Shown: positions 25,301 to 38,000, counted from the stretch's first letter. The stretch is 64,000 nucleotides of DNA from Schmidtea polychroa (GCA_044892525.1 CM097885.1:240498001-240562000), one strand, 5' to 3'. Program-made: numbers and translations. The notes: generated from the sequence alone by a model not told the origin.

Positions 25301-28300
25301 ATAAATATTTCTTTTTTTCCATACTTATGTAAGGAACAGAACTTTAATGAAAAATGGACCAACAACTAAAACAAGTAAACAACTAAAAAGATCTTGAAAC
25401 CTTTATTGGAAACCTTTATTGAAATATTTAAATAGCATATATAAGTAGTTATTGGAGGCTTTATTTAGAATATTTTGAAATATTTTATTAGGCTTCTAAA
25501 GCTAATTATAGAAGCTGTATAAAAAAATTTAAAAATTTTTTGTTTGTGTCAATTTGGAATTTTAAATGGTATATATTTTATTTTTATTTTAATTTTCAGT
25601 AAAATTTTAAAAGTTTTTAATAAAAAAATTCATTATATTTACAACCAATGAGAATTAAGAGAAAGGAAATAAAAGAAAGATTGAAAGGTATTTTTGGAAA
25701 GAACATTGCTAAATTCCAGGAGATTGACAAGAACTATCTTATAGTCGAAAATTTTTTCATTAAATACATTATTTGCAGCAAAAGGCTTAAATTATCATTT
25801 TATTGTTTTATATTATTAATTGTTATTGTATTATTATTATATTAATTTTTTAAGTATAAAGTGATGATTTATTGGTAGCATCATGAATTAAATTTTAAAC
25901 AATTAAATGATAATTTAAGCCTTTGCTGCGAATAATATATTTAATACAAATTAAAAAATTTTCCACTATAAGATAGCTCTTGTCAATTTCTTGTAATTTA
26001 GTTTCTTCTATTTTCAAAATGCCTTTTGATCTTTTCTTTTATTTCCTTTTTTTACTTCTAGTAATGATATCACATTACAGGCCAAAGACCAATTGGCGAA
26101 GAACATGCAAACGCAGATGGATTATCAAGGATCGAGGGTAGTTTATGTGCACAGTGTCAGACGGCACATGTACAACATAAAAAAGAAAGATCAAGAGCAA
26201 GATATATCAATTTGATACAAAAAACACAATGTTAGAAATTATGGAAAAACAGAAGAAAGATAAATTGTTTCATGAAGCGATGGAAATTCTTTGGAATCAG
26301 ATAGATGTTTGGAAGGAATAATTTCTAAATAGTTTTTTATTCAGATATAAAGATAGGTTAAAGATATCGGATGATATGCTTGTATTGGAATCAGACAAAA
26401 TAGATCTAGTGATAATCCCAAAAAGCTATCAATCTAAACTAGTGATTTATGTCACGTTGAAATTAAAAAACTGTATTATTATTTTTAAAGGAATTTTTTC
26501 TGGCCGAAAATGCAAGAAACCGTTAAAGAGTTAGTAAAACGATGTGTCACATGTCCAAGAAGTAAAATAGACCAAGAGAAGACAAAGGAAATTTTAATTC
26601 CACACGAATGTTCTGAATTTCTAGAACATATTGTGATGGATGTTGCTTTCATGGAGAGAACTTCAACCTACAAAAAGTATGTTATCGTTATTATTGATAG
26701 GTTTAGCAAATTAGTAAGTCTAACGGCTACAGCAAACCAAGATGAAAAAACTATTTTCAAGACGCTAATGAACAATTGGATTTACAAATATGGTAAACCT
26801 CAAAGTATATTGACAGACAGAGGGCGAAATTTTGAAAGCAAATATTTTAAGGAAAAATTAGAACAACTTGGAATAAAGCAAGAATTCGCCTCACGATATA
26901 AACATCAGTCGAATGGCTTAGCGGAAACAGCTATCAGAACAATGAGAGATTTACTTGTGACGACGATGAAAGGGGGGCTCTGCTGAAAAACAGCGGCCCG
27001 AACTGCTGCCTCGAATTGAATTCAGTATAAATGCAACTTATCAAAATGCTACAAAATATTCACCATTTGAGATAATATATGGACAGAAAATAACGTTCAC
27101 GCTAGTAGGTAGTTATGTGCACTCCAGATCCAGACCCCCCCATAATTTTAAAATTTTTTTTAAATTTTTAAAATACCCCCCCCCCATACTTTTTTTTTAA
27201 TTTTTGTTTTAATTATAAATTACGTAATAATTTATAATTTTTAATCACCGATTACGTAATAATTTAATTTTGTTTTAATCATTGATTACATATTACTCTT
27301 AATTTGTTTGAATCATCAATTATGTAATAATTTTTAAAATTTTTAAATCGTTGATTACATCATAAATTTTAATTTTTTATAAGAATTTTTTATTTCAATA
27401 TACTTGAAATTTAATTCTCTATTAAATGAGACTGTGATGTAATCAAAAATCTGAAATTTCATTATTAGTACACCATTTTTGAATTTACACATCTTTTTAA
27501 ACAAATCTTTCTCATTCATTCATTCATCTTTATTGAAATATTTACAAATTAACATGTTTTAGTTACAAAAATAGTTATCAATAAATCGAGTAAGGGTAGG
27601 AAATTATTTAGAATCAATAAGTAATACACAGACCTAGATGACTAGTTAACTATATGTGTTAGCACTGTACTCAAAAGTGTTCATATTTTTATTATAGTGT
27701 TTTTTATTTGGGGTATGTGAGATTTCATATCAGGATATTAAATATTTATATGAATTCGAATTTCTGTTTGTCACATTAAATATTATTAAATAAAATTTCT
27801 CTCGGTTTTATGAACTTAAAAATTATTATTGAAAATAATAAATCTTATTGATAAATATATTATTTTTTTTTAAGTTTATTCAATTCTCAACTATGTTTCT
27901 CAATATTCTATAAATTGATAACATGTTATTGCACTACTAAAACTTACTAATTTCTACAACTAATTCATAATTAATTCGAATAACATGTTAATTTAGAATT
28001 CTTAAATTTAATAAAACTTATGATTATTAAGTATTATTTTAAAAAACATAATTTAAAAACTTTGTAAGTTTAATTTTAATCTATTTTAAAAAAAAATTAA
28101 GATTTCTAGTTATGAAGTTTCATAATTTTTGAAAATAATGAGTGGTAAATGTGAATAATTGTCAACTCAAACAATAGAATTTAAAACTCTACAAAATGAC
28201 ATCATTATTTATTCACACTCAAAACACCTAAACCTTTTTTCAGCCAAATTTTATATACACATTTAAAAAATATAATACTATACTTAAGAAAACCTATTCT

Positions 28301-31010
28301 CATATTAAAACTAAACATTTATTAAAATCATGAGAAATTCGATCGTTATCTATTGATGATATGACCTAACCTATAGAAATTCGTCAACAATTAAGGGTAA
28401 ATTTTTAAGGAATTATATGTCAATTTTGAGTAAATAAAAAATGAGCTTAAAGCATATATATTGCAATGAAAATATGCGTCTTATTAGGGTTAGTAAATAA
28501 AATAAAACTTATCACAATGTAAACCATATTTTTAATAATTATTTAAACTATAAAAATCAAGACAAGAGAAGACAAGGCAAAGTTTATGCATTTATTATTG
28601 CCAGGCCTAATGAGCAGTGACCAAATATCTGTGCCTGAAAGACACGGTGGATATTTGTTCGCGTCCACAAGGGTCGTCTGTGCCTCTCCAAAAATTGACA
28701 TATAATTCCTTAAAAATTTACCCTTAATTGTTGACGAATTTCTATAGGTTAGGTCATATCATCAATAGATAACGATCGAATTTCTCATGATTTTAATAAA
28801 TGTTTAGTTTTAATATGAGAATAGGTTTTCTTAAGTATAGTATTATATTTTTTAAATGTGTATATAAAATTTGGCTGAATAAAGGTTTAGGTGTTTTGAG
28901 TGTGAATAAATAATGATGTCATTTTGTAGAGTTTTAAATTCTATTGTTTGAGTTGACAATTATTCACATTTACCACTCATTATTTTCAAAAATTATGAAA
29001 CTTCATAACTAGAAATCTTAATTTTTTTTTTAAAATAGATTAAAATTAAACTTACAAAGTTTTTAAATTATGTTTTTTAAAATAATACTTAATAATCATA
29101 AGTTTTATTAAATTTAAGAATTCTAAATTAACATGTTATTCGAATTAATTATGAATTAGTTGTAGAAATTAGTAAGTTTATTAGTAAGTTTAACATGTTA
29201 TCAATTTATAGAATATTGAGAAACATAGTTGAGAATTGAATAAACTTAAAAGAAGAAGTAAAAACGAATAGCAAGCACATTGCGCAAAAATTGAGGAAAT
29301 TTGGAGCGTAAAAAGAATTAAACGACATTTCGAAGTGGGGAAGAGGTACTGGTAATACGAGAACCACATAGAAGAAACAAAAATTATATTCAATATGATA
29401 GTCCATATAAAATTCTTAGATTTGTGTCAAATCATCAAGTTGAATTGCCAGATACGACGCGGCACCAACGAATCGAATGGTTAGAGATAGCATCAATCTT
29501 ATGACGGGGAGAGTAATGATATTACATTAGAGTTCAAAGACCAATTGTGAAGCAGTTCAGAGTATATTGCTAACATACAATGTGTTAGTTATTGCGCAAT
29601 ATACATTACTATTTAAGAGTGATCACTCTGTGTTAATAAATAATAAATCTTAGGAAAATTGAAAGGTTACACAGAACTATTAAAGAAAGCATACGAACAA
29701 AAGCCAGAGATAGAGATTAATTAGAACAATTACTAACAATCATACTGGGATTAAGAATCACTCTCTATTCAATAGACAGTGAAAGCCCTGCATATAAAGT
29801 TTTTGGGTAGAGAAACAAATTTACTTTCATTAGAAACAATTAGCGAAAATAACAAAAAAACAGCAAAACAAATAGCAACTCAAAATAGCGAATTCGACTC
29901 AAAAGAAAGACAAAAAATATAGCACACGGTGAAGTACTTTTTACCACAGGATACGTCTAAGTAATAAAAACCATTCACGAAACGATTCGAATCAAAGTAT
30001 GAAGGTCCATACAAACTACTCGAATTAAACAAAAACGTGGCCACAATATTAAAAATAACAAAGAAATGCGAATAAATATATGTAGATTAAAACACTACCA
30101 CCAGACAAAACAAGACCCATATAATATACTAAAGTTTAGTTTTTAAAGAATTTATTTCCATGGTTACTATTACTATTTTTTTTCAAATTTAAATGGAAAA
30201 TCAACGATTTTATTACGATTTTATTTTGATTTGATTTATGCCAATTTGCAAATCTATTAGAACTTAGAAAAAATAAAACCAAAAACTTGAAAAAATTTCC
30301 GTATTTTTAAATATAAATGTGAGTCATATGCTCGCGGACCCTCAGGGGTCCGCTGACCACAGTTTAAGAACCGCTGCACTAAACAACAACAATCAAACTA
30401 AGCTAAGACACATTTTTTCAACAACCATGAAACATTACAATCTTCCAATAAAAACACCCATACACTAAACACATACAGAAAGCAGTACATTAACTGTTTC
30501 AAATTATACAGCATATAGAAAACTAAAATCAAACAAACAATTGTAAATTGTACAACTTTTATGTTTAATCTATCGTTTGGTTGTAACACACAAACCACAC
30601 TAGACAACAATAATATAAATAATAAAATGATAATTTAAGCCTTTTGCTGCAAATAATGTATTTAATGAAAGAATTTTCGACTATAAGATAGTCTTTGTAA
30701 ATAAGATGTATATTTTTATTCTGTGGTTGCATCAATCTTATGAAGGGGAGATTAATAATATTACATTAGAGGCCAAAGACCAAATGTGTCGCAGTTCAGA
30801 GTATATTACGTAATTCAATACAATGTGTTAGTTATTGCGCAATATACATTACTATTTAAGAGTGATCACTCTGTGTTAATAAATAATAAATCTTTAGATG
30901 GAACCTATTGTTGCAACTCTTCTCATTGGTTAAAAATAATAATAAACTTTTCTGAAAAATTTAAAATTTTATCGTTTTATTTTTATAATTATATTTGTAA
31001 TTGTTTTATT

Positions 31011-31064
<54 letters not shown>

Positions 31065-32519
31065 TTATCATTATTTTAATTTTATTATTATTTTTTTATA
31101 TTATGATAAATTAAAATTATTAATTATATTAATTTATCATTATTTTTATTTTTTTATATATTTTTTTATTATTATTATTAGGCTTTGAATTATAATTATA
31201 CAGTTTGGCTATAAAAACTAGTTTGTATGTTTTTTTAAATGTTTACAGGAATTGTGTATTGCTTTAACCAAAAAGACTGCGAAAACCTCACTAATGAGCT
31301 TGTAAATAATGGCATCATAGCATCTTCATATTATGGAACATTGAGCCATGATGTCAAAAAAGATATTCATAATAAATGGCTTAATGAAAATTGCAAGGCA
31401 TTAATTACATTTATCTAAAAGTGTAATATATAGTTCGAATAATTCAGGTAATTGTTGCCACAAATGCATTCGGAATGGGCATTGATAAACCAAATGTGAG
31501 GTTTGTCATCCATATGTCTATGAGTAAAAGCTTAGAGAATTACTACCAAGAATCTGGTAGAGCAGGCCGAGATGGTAAAAGATCCGATTGTATTTTATTT
31601 TGGAAATTATCTGAATATTTCAAAATTGGTTCAAATCTGTTTACTGAAAAATCCGGACTCATAAATCTTAATATTATGAATCGATATATTTTGGATGAGT
31701 GCACTTGCAAACGGGTATCTTTCTCTTTGATCTTAGATGAAAAATTTAATGAAAAGGATTGCAAAAAAATGTGTTCTGTCTGTGCTGATACTGGTAAATT
31801 ATAATTATTTTATTTATTATTCTATTTATTAATTATTTATTTCCANNNNNNNNNNNNNNNNNNNNNNNNNNNNNNNNNNNNNNNNNNNNNNNNNNNNNNN
31901 NNNNNNNNNNNNNNNNNNNNNNNNNNNNNNNNNNNNNNNNNNNNNNNNNNNNNNNNNNNNNNNNNNNNNNNNNNNTTGCAGGATTTAAGAAATTGACAAA
32001 GGCTATCTTATAGTAGAAAATGTTTTCATTTATTTTAAATATATTATTCACAGCAAAAGGCTTATGTTAGAAGCCATAACATTCAATTCTTCTGTCATCA
32101 AATAAATTACTAAGACTAAATAAATCCAAAATTATATTTCATTAAATCTGCTTATATAAATAATTGTTCTTGGGACATTTTCTTTTTATAAATTTTAATT
32201 TCAACCAAATATCAACATCCCACATTCATACTTGAATTGCAATTTTATTAAAAATTATTTTATTTCAAAATTAAAATTAAAATATTCATTTTAATTCTAA
32301 TATATTTCACATAATTTAAGTTTCACTTTTAATTTTACAAAATTTAATCATGAAATAATTTTAATTTAACATTTTAATTGTAACTCTTCACATCTTAAAT
32401 TATCATTTAATTGTTCAAAATAGCATTATTTTTATTATATTAACTTTGCTGATGTTTGTATATGCCACGCAAATTTTGTGAAGCCACGTTGTGGGACACG
32501 TCATCAATTAGGACCTGTT

Positions 32520-32566
<47 letters not shown>

Positions 32567-33637
32567 CGACCGTTATTTTTGCATATTGGCAATACTGATT
32601 ATCGAAGTTTGACAACTCCTTCAAAGCGGCCGGTTGGGCATGGTATAAAGAAATTCGGGAAACACTGGATTAAAGAAATAACGTACTTATATCTAAAATA
32701 TGTTGAAATTAAGAGAGTGAAATAGAGAGTTTCAAAAAAGTTTTTTATGGTTGATTTTTTATTATTTAAATTTATTATTATATATTTTATTATCTTTAAT
32801 TATTTTTTTATTAATTAATTATTTTTATTATTTATTTTTTTATTTTAATTTATAATTATATCTTTTAATATTTTTATTTATTTACTAATTAATATTATAT
32901 ATTAATTTGATCGTTCTTTTTTGTTACTTATAATTTTTTTTATTTATTTATTTTTATGTTTTATGGTATATTTTCATATTATTATTATTTATCAACATTA
33001 TTTATATAATTTTATTTTATTATAATATATTTTATTTTTTTAATTTAAACGTCTTCGTAATATATTTAATTATTATTTTTATTAAGTATTTCTATTATTT
33101 ATTTTTTGAATATATTTATTATTATTTTATATTAATTATTTTTATTATTAAAAATAAAATTTTTATTATTTTCACTCAGAATCTGAATTGTCATCAATCG
33201 ACATTACTGATATATTCACAACTGCATTGGGAATTATTAAAAACATAGAAAAAACCAAAAATCCAAAAATTACTGGTAATAAAATGATTTCAGAACTGGC
33301 CAATCAAATGAATTTATATAGTGCTAATTTGATTAATCGATTTCCTGGAATCGATTGTAAATTGTTCTTTGACAAAGCATTTTGTCATTTGGTTCTTGTT
33401 GGCTATTTGAAGCTGGATTACAGTTTTGGTTCATTTAGTAATTTCACCTATGTAAATGTCGGAAATAAAACTCTGAAATCGGAAGAGAAAATCAATATTC
33501 CAATCCGAGTCTCTAAATCGGAAAAAATGCAAAATGTTAAACAAGATGAATTATCGAATATCAAGAAAAGTTCTTTGAAACGGCTATTCAAAGGTTCGAA
33601 TCAAGATATTTCGGAAACGAAAACTCAAAAACGTTAA
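17133..33637 (+). CDS. RECQL: RecQ1/RECQL-type helicase paralog, copy B (9 exons, 616 aa, divergent aromatic loop)
   Basis: Exons 17133-17139, 17189-17295, 17341-17515, 20382-20575, 23542-23877, 23922-24000, 31249-31397, 31448-31793, 33180-33637 total 1851 nt with no internal stop. Exon lengths 194, 336 and 79 are identical to copy A. One GC-AG intron (31398-31447). Motifs [30 protein letters not shown] and the Zn cysteines are present. Confidence 0.92.
18088..18457. mobile_element. hAT (Charlie-type) MITE
   Basis: TIRs CAGTGGTTCTCAA / TTGAGAACCACTG with an imperfect 8-bp TSD (TTCTAACT / TCCCAACT). Confidence 0.85.
18690..19230 (+). mobile_element. piggyBac (PGBD4-like) transposase fragment
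   Basis: ORF 18735-19187: [67 protein letters not shown], then [14 protein letters not shown]. Confidence 0.9.
19295..19357. repeat. (TA)n microsatellite
   Basis: Long TA run. Others occur at ~7436-7462 and ~32522-32560. Confidence 0.95.
19479..20319. mobile_element. Non-autonomous Tc1/mariner-pogo-type element with nested repeats
   Basis: Inverted ends C(C/A)GTATTACTTCGAAT, TA on the left only. Contains a Penelope-tail fold-back at 20020-20150. Confidence 0.45.
21180..21310 (+). repeat. Copy of the Penelope terminal repeat with a hammerhead-like motif (21250-21280)
   Basis: CACTTGAAAAAGGCTGTGCCGAAAATTCATG, the same family as 2445-2475, again set in a partial inverted duplication. Confidence 0.7.
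24069..25810 (-). mobile_element. 5'-truncated Penelope-like element with ~385-bp inverted pseudo-LTRs
   Basis: GIY-YIG ORF 24588-24980 ([40 protein letters not shown]) with decayed RT thumb/linker sequence upstream ([18 protein letters not shown]). 24069-24452 is the reverse complement of ~25415-25810. Confidence 0.88.
24120..24158 (-). ncRNA. Minimal hammerhead-like motif, second family, in the Penelope pseudo-LTR
   Basis: gaga-TTGACAA-G-GACTAT ctt ATAGTC-GAAA-ATTT-tttc: U3:A8 core variant, 6-bp stem II, AATT palindromic helix III. A mirror copy at ~25719-25758 has a stem II mismatch. Confidence 0.6.
25880..26045 (-). repeat. Further copy of the 24-kb Penelope terminal repeat
   Basis: ATGATAATTTAAGCCTTTGCTGCGAATAAT..CACTATAAGATAGCTCTTGTCAAT. 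Additional partial copies occur at ~30625-30700, ~31976-32065 and ~52450-52515. Confidence 0.8.
26060..27100 (+). mobile_element. Ty3/Gypsy pol remnant (RNase H end, integrase)
   Basis: [11 protein letters not shown]; ORF 26510-26986 with [37 protein letters not shown]; continues [27 protein letters not shown]. Confidence 0.9.
27868..29251. repeat. Long inverted repeat: ~560-bp arms (27868-28427 / 28691-29251) with a ~265-bp spacer
   Basis: The arms read as near-identical reverse complements (one small patch and isolated mismatches seen). Confidence 0.92.
29252..30100 (+). mobile_element. Gypsy integrase C-terminal remnants (two pieces) around a short LTR-like repeat
   Basis: [18 protein letters not shown]; [12 protein letters not shown]; [15 protein letters not shown] ~165-bp repeat starting with a GGGGAGA polypurine tract occurs at 29489-29652 and again at 30729-30893. 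Confidence 0.65.
31846..31975. other. Assembly gap (130 N) in the last intron of RecQ copy B
   Basis: Run of N. Confidence 1.
32063..32290. repeat. ~230-bp dispersed repeat, second copy at ~63719-63995
   Basis: TGTTAGAAGC.ATA.CATTCAATTCTTCTGTCATCAAATAAATTACTAAGACT...GGGACATTTTCTTTTTATAAATTTTAATTTCAACCAAATATCAACAT is shared. Confidence 0.85.
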
Positions 33638-34149
33638 GGAAACTGAAATTTTATTTGTTATTGTGCAATTAATTATTTTCTATGTCTCATTATGGATTGT
33701 TATGGATTTGTTGTAGCGGTTATTTTTATATATTTCTGTTAGTAAAATTTTCTATAAATATAACAATTTATGTAATTATTTTTTATTTTCAAAATAAAAT
33801 TCATTTTCGACTTTATCTTTTTTTTACTAATTTGTAATTATTGATTCTTATTGAGGTAAAGATTATTTTAGATTTTAGATTAATTCATTGGTTAATTATT
33901 CATGATTTGCTTTATTAAGACGATAATTTATGCATACAAACACTGAACCTGGTGGAACGTGCATGATTGAGCGTGGTTTCACTATTGAGGATAATCATGG
34001 GTGGCTCTCCGCCTCGCTTCGAGCTGGTGGCGGCGTAGATTTTACGATTCTGTTTCGTTGTCTCCACTTGGGTAACTCCGACTCCATGCTTCTATCTTTA
34101 CACGGTCTCTCCCGTTTTTGGCCCACCGGGGAACTAATTAGGCACTCCT

Positions 34150-34790
34150 ACTGTCTAAAATCAACATAATTAATTAACCTTTATTTCCGTGATACAGCAA
34201 ACTTTATTGGGGCGTTATCCATTAAAATTTGTCATGACTCTGGTACTTATTCTCCGAATCCTACACATCAAACTGGTTGAACATGCAATCATAGTATAAC
34301 TGTTGTGATTCGCTCATGATTTCAAATAAATTTGCGTTGCTGTTGGTTTCACATATATTTGGTAGCGATCCATACAACAACTGAATCCAGTGATGCATAG
34401 ATATTCAGGTTGCATCTCCACAACCATTCGGTTCATCTTGACAAACCACATGAATTGCTAGATAATATTAAAAATCCAAATTCTTGCCTCGTTGCAAACC
34501 AGATCGGGAATTATTGTTGTTGGTTTACCATTGAGGATTTTAGACAATTGTGAATAATAGAACTTCATCGTTCCAAAATAACAGTGGTATAAGCATCTAC
34601 AAATAAAATATTAAACTCAAATTCACCATAATTTTTGATTTCATCCATAGATCTAGAGCTAAAATAACCATTCGTGATAATATAACGTCCGAGATGAGTC
34701 AGTAATGGAGTTCAAGATTATAAACTGACCTCTTCCAACCTGGCAGAAATGACAGAACATTTCAAAAATATACAGCTACTCAAACTCAGA
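34150..34790 (-). mobile_element. Heavily decayed Gypsy-type integrase relic
   Basis: Minus-strand fragments YGEFE..ILFVDAYT, GKPTTII.D and PNGC resemble an integrase core. Many lesions. Confidence 0.4.
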
Positions 34791-35074
34791 TAAATGAGCT
34801 ACTTACTGAATAGTGGATTAGCAATCTTAAAAGAAGATTTAGAGTTGTTAAATTTTTGAATCCGGAAATTTTGATGTCTTTGAAACAAATAAAATCTATC
34901 TTTAGTCTATTTATATTTTATTTGTTTTATAAGCTAAAAATAATAAAATTAAAAAATTAGAAAATATTTCACTTCTAAGGTAATTTAAGGTAATTTTTAA
35001 TGAATAATTCTATTCTTCAGTTATCTTTCTAATATAATTGTTTTAATAATATTTATAAATCAAGATATGTACCA

Positions 35075-38000
35075 ATGAGATTTAGTTTGTCAAATTGCAT
35101 ATTTATTTGTATTATTTTCTTTTTTGTGCTTTTATTTAGTAAGTTTTGTCAATTTTATTTTTAGTTAAATGAAAAAAAAACAATTAGATAAGTTGTAAAT
35201 TGTTACTTAGGTTATTTTATCAACGAAATTCAGAAACTAAACAATGAACTTTTTTTAATTAATCAAGATTTATCAAATCTACATAAAGAATTATTACAAG
35301 TAGAAAAATTTCAAAATAAGCTTAAGTTTGTTAAATTAGTTATCATACTTAATTTTCAACTATTATATTTTTAGTCCTAAGAAAAATAAAATATTTCGAT
35401 CTCATAAATCACACACCAAACGTATTTTAGTTAGTTTGTTTATTACGTAAATCCATTTTCATTTTATGAGTAGGTTACCGGAGGAGCTGGATTTATTGGT
35501 TCTCATTTAACAGACGAGTTAATTTTAGAAGGCAATGATGTAATTGTGATAGATAATTTTGCTACTGGAAAAAAATCAAATATTGAAAAGTGGTTAGGTC
35601 ACCCGAATTTCGAATTCATCCATCATGATATCATAAACCCGATTTGGTTAGAAGGTTGTTGTGACTTTGATTATTTGATAATATAATTTCATATATATTT
35701 CTAAACGAAATTTATACTGGGAATTTTTTTGTATAATTTATTAAATAATTGTTTACTATTACATTATTAAAAATAATATAAACATTTCTACACAGTTAAG
35801 CATTATAAGGGGAATGAAAGTTGGATTTATTTGATTTTTGTTAACTCAGTTATTTAACTACACAATATAAATATAATACTCAAGTAATAATTAATTTTTG
35901 AAAATAGTTTTTATAATAAAATTATATTAAAATTCGGTAGATAAAAATAATTTAAAATGCCTCAACAAAAATCAAAATAATCGATTTAATTTTTTTGTAA
36001 TTTAGAAATTTTTTTATCAACAATATTTTTGTTTGAAATAATAAAAAATATGATTTTTTAATATTACTGCAAAGTCTCTTACATCTTTTTCTATCGTATG
36101 ATGCTTGAAATTGACAATTCTTCTGTACGTTAATGTTTTCGACTCCGTCTCTATAGTTACCTCTTATCTCTTCTGTCAACTGGAAACTAAAATCCTTGCC
36201 TGCAATATTTATTATTTATTTTCGAATCCTAGCATTGATAGCTAGGATGTTATAGGAAACCTGAAGAGGCCATTTGGTCAAGTGTACCCATGTGATACTT
36301 GATAATGTTATAAAATATTCCTGTTTCTGAAATACCATCGCAATCTTCGGTAATTCTTGTCGTATTACATATAAAGTAGCAACCAAATTAGATTTTTTTG
36401 CAAGCATTTCGATGCTATATTTATCGGCTTATTTGGAATGTATTGTGTAAATTGGCATCTAGCTTTTGTTTGGAACAATTACTCATCGACTGTTATGTTT
36501 CCGTTATTCTCAGGTACTTCTTTTCATTTTATAAAATTGTCTCTATACATTGATTGGGAGAAAACAGTCGAATCTTAATTAGACTACAAATTTAAACATT
36601 TTGTGTTTTTGTCTCACATGCTGCTATAGTATATAAATTTGCTACAAAGGCTCATAAATATGATTTTGGAATTCTCTATTCTTTATTCTCCATCGTAAAC
36701 TCCTTACCGAGTCAAACATAAAAAAATAATTGTACTTAAACAATATTCTAGTGAAATCATAATATATTATCTAGTACTGCATTTTCAATTTATTTGAAAA
36801 ATCGATTATGTGATTAAATTCTTTATTTTACGCCGTGATAACAATCAGCAAATATGTGATCAATTGCAGACAACTTATATCTACAAAGCAATATATCTAC
36901 AAGTGGGTTATCCAGTTCAAACAAGGTCAACAGTCAGTGTTTGATGATGAGAACGTTTGTTGTCCTGGAAAAACTCTGACTATAAAAGAGGAATGTTTGG
37001 AAATTGCGAAGGAAAAATGTAGAATCACTATCGAGTATATATCACGGCGGTTGAATGTGAATACCGGAGGTGTGCATAAGAAAATTGGCATTCACTTTCA
37101 TCCCACGTTTTCTTTCCTTTGAAATATGTGAAAACCGAAGGGATTGCTGCCAGACAAACCTTCTCATTTTGATGAACATGATAACCGATTCTGTGTGGTC
37201 TCCTTTTATGGGTCCTCCAAGACAACGCATCAATCCGCAAAGTGCGGAAACAATGGCAGAGATTTGCAAAAAAGAATTTGTTCTCTTATACCACTCTCTC
37301 TACTGTCCTGACTTTGTACCCAGTGACTTTTATCTATTTATCTACATTTGTGATTGAAAATCTACCAAAGTGCTATAGATTTTGAACCGATTGTGGAACT
37401 TTTCTTTAAAAACCAAAGCCAAATTTTCTTCAAAATTGCCTCTTTGGAACTCTTGCACCGTTGGAGATACTGTGTGAACAATATAGCCAGCAATAAAGCC
37501 TATATACCCTTGTTGTTCTTATGTTAAAATATCAAGGCCGGGTATTTATTGAACGCACCACGCAAAATCTTAGACATCTTCGAACATGAAATAACTCGGT
37601 AAACTACCTCCATCTCTATCTTTTTTCAATGTTTCTCAAAACTTCCTTCATGAAAGCCCTGCATTTCATGTGTTTTGAAATACTGAAAAATTAATTTGAG
37701 TCTATTCGTAAATATAGTGTTCATATGAAAAAATTATGTGTATGTGGCCTAGAAAAAGGAAGAGATTCTTTTAAAAAACTTAAGTGTAACCACTGTCTGC
37801 TGAAACTGTAAAATATAGAATGGTCAAAATGTTTTCGAAAATAACCAATCATCAAATCGAATATCTTAAACTGGTTTCAGCTTTGTCAATAGGTATTGAT
37901 GAATCTTGTGGTATAACTGATAGAGCACACGTTTCACTTTTTGTTCGATTTATTTCGTATACCGGTCCTAAAGAAAAACTCTTAGATTTATTATCACTGA

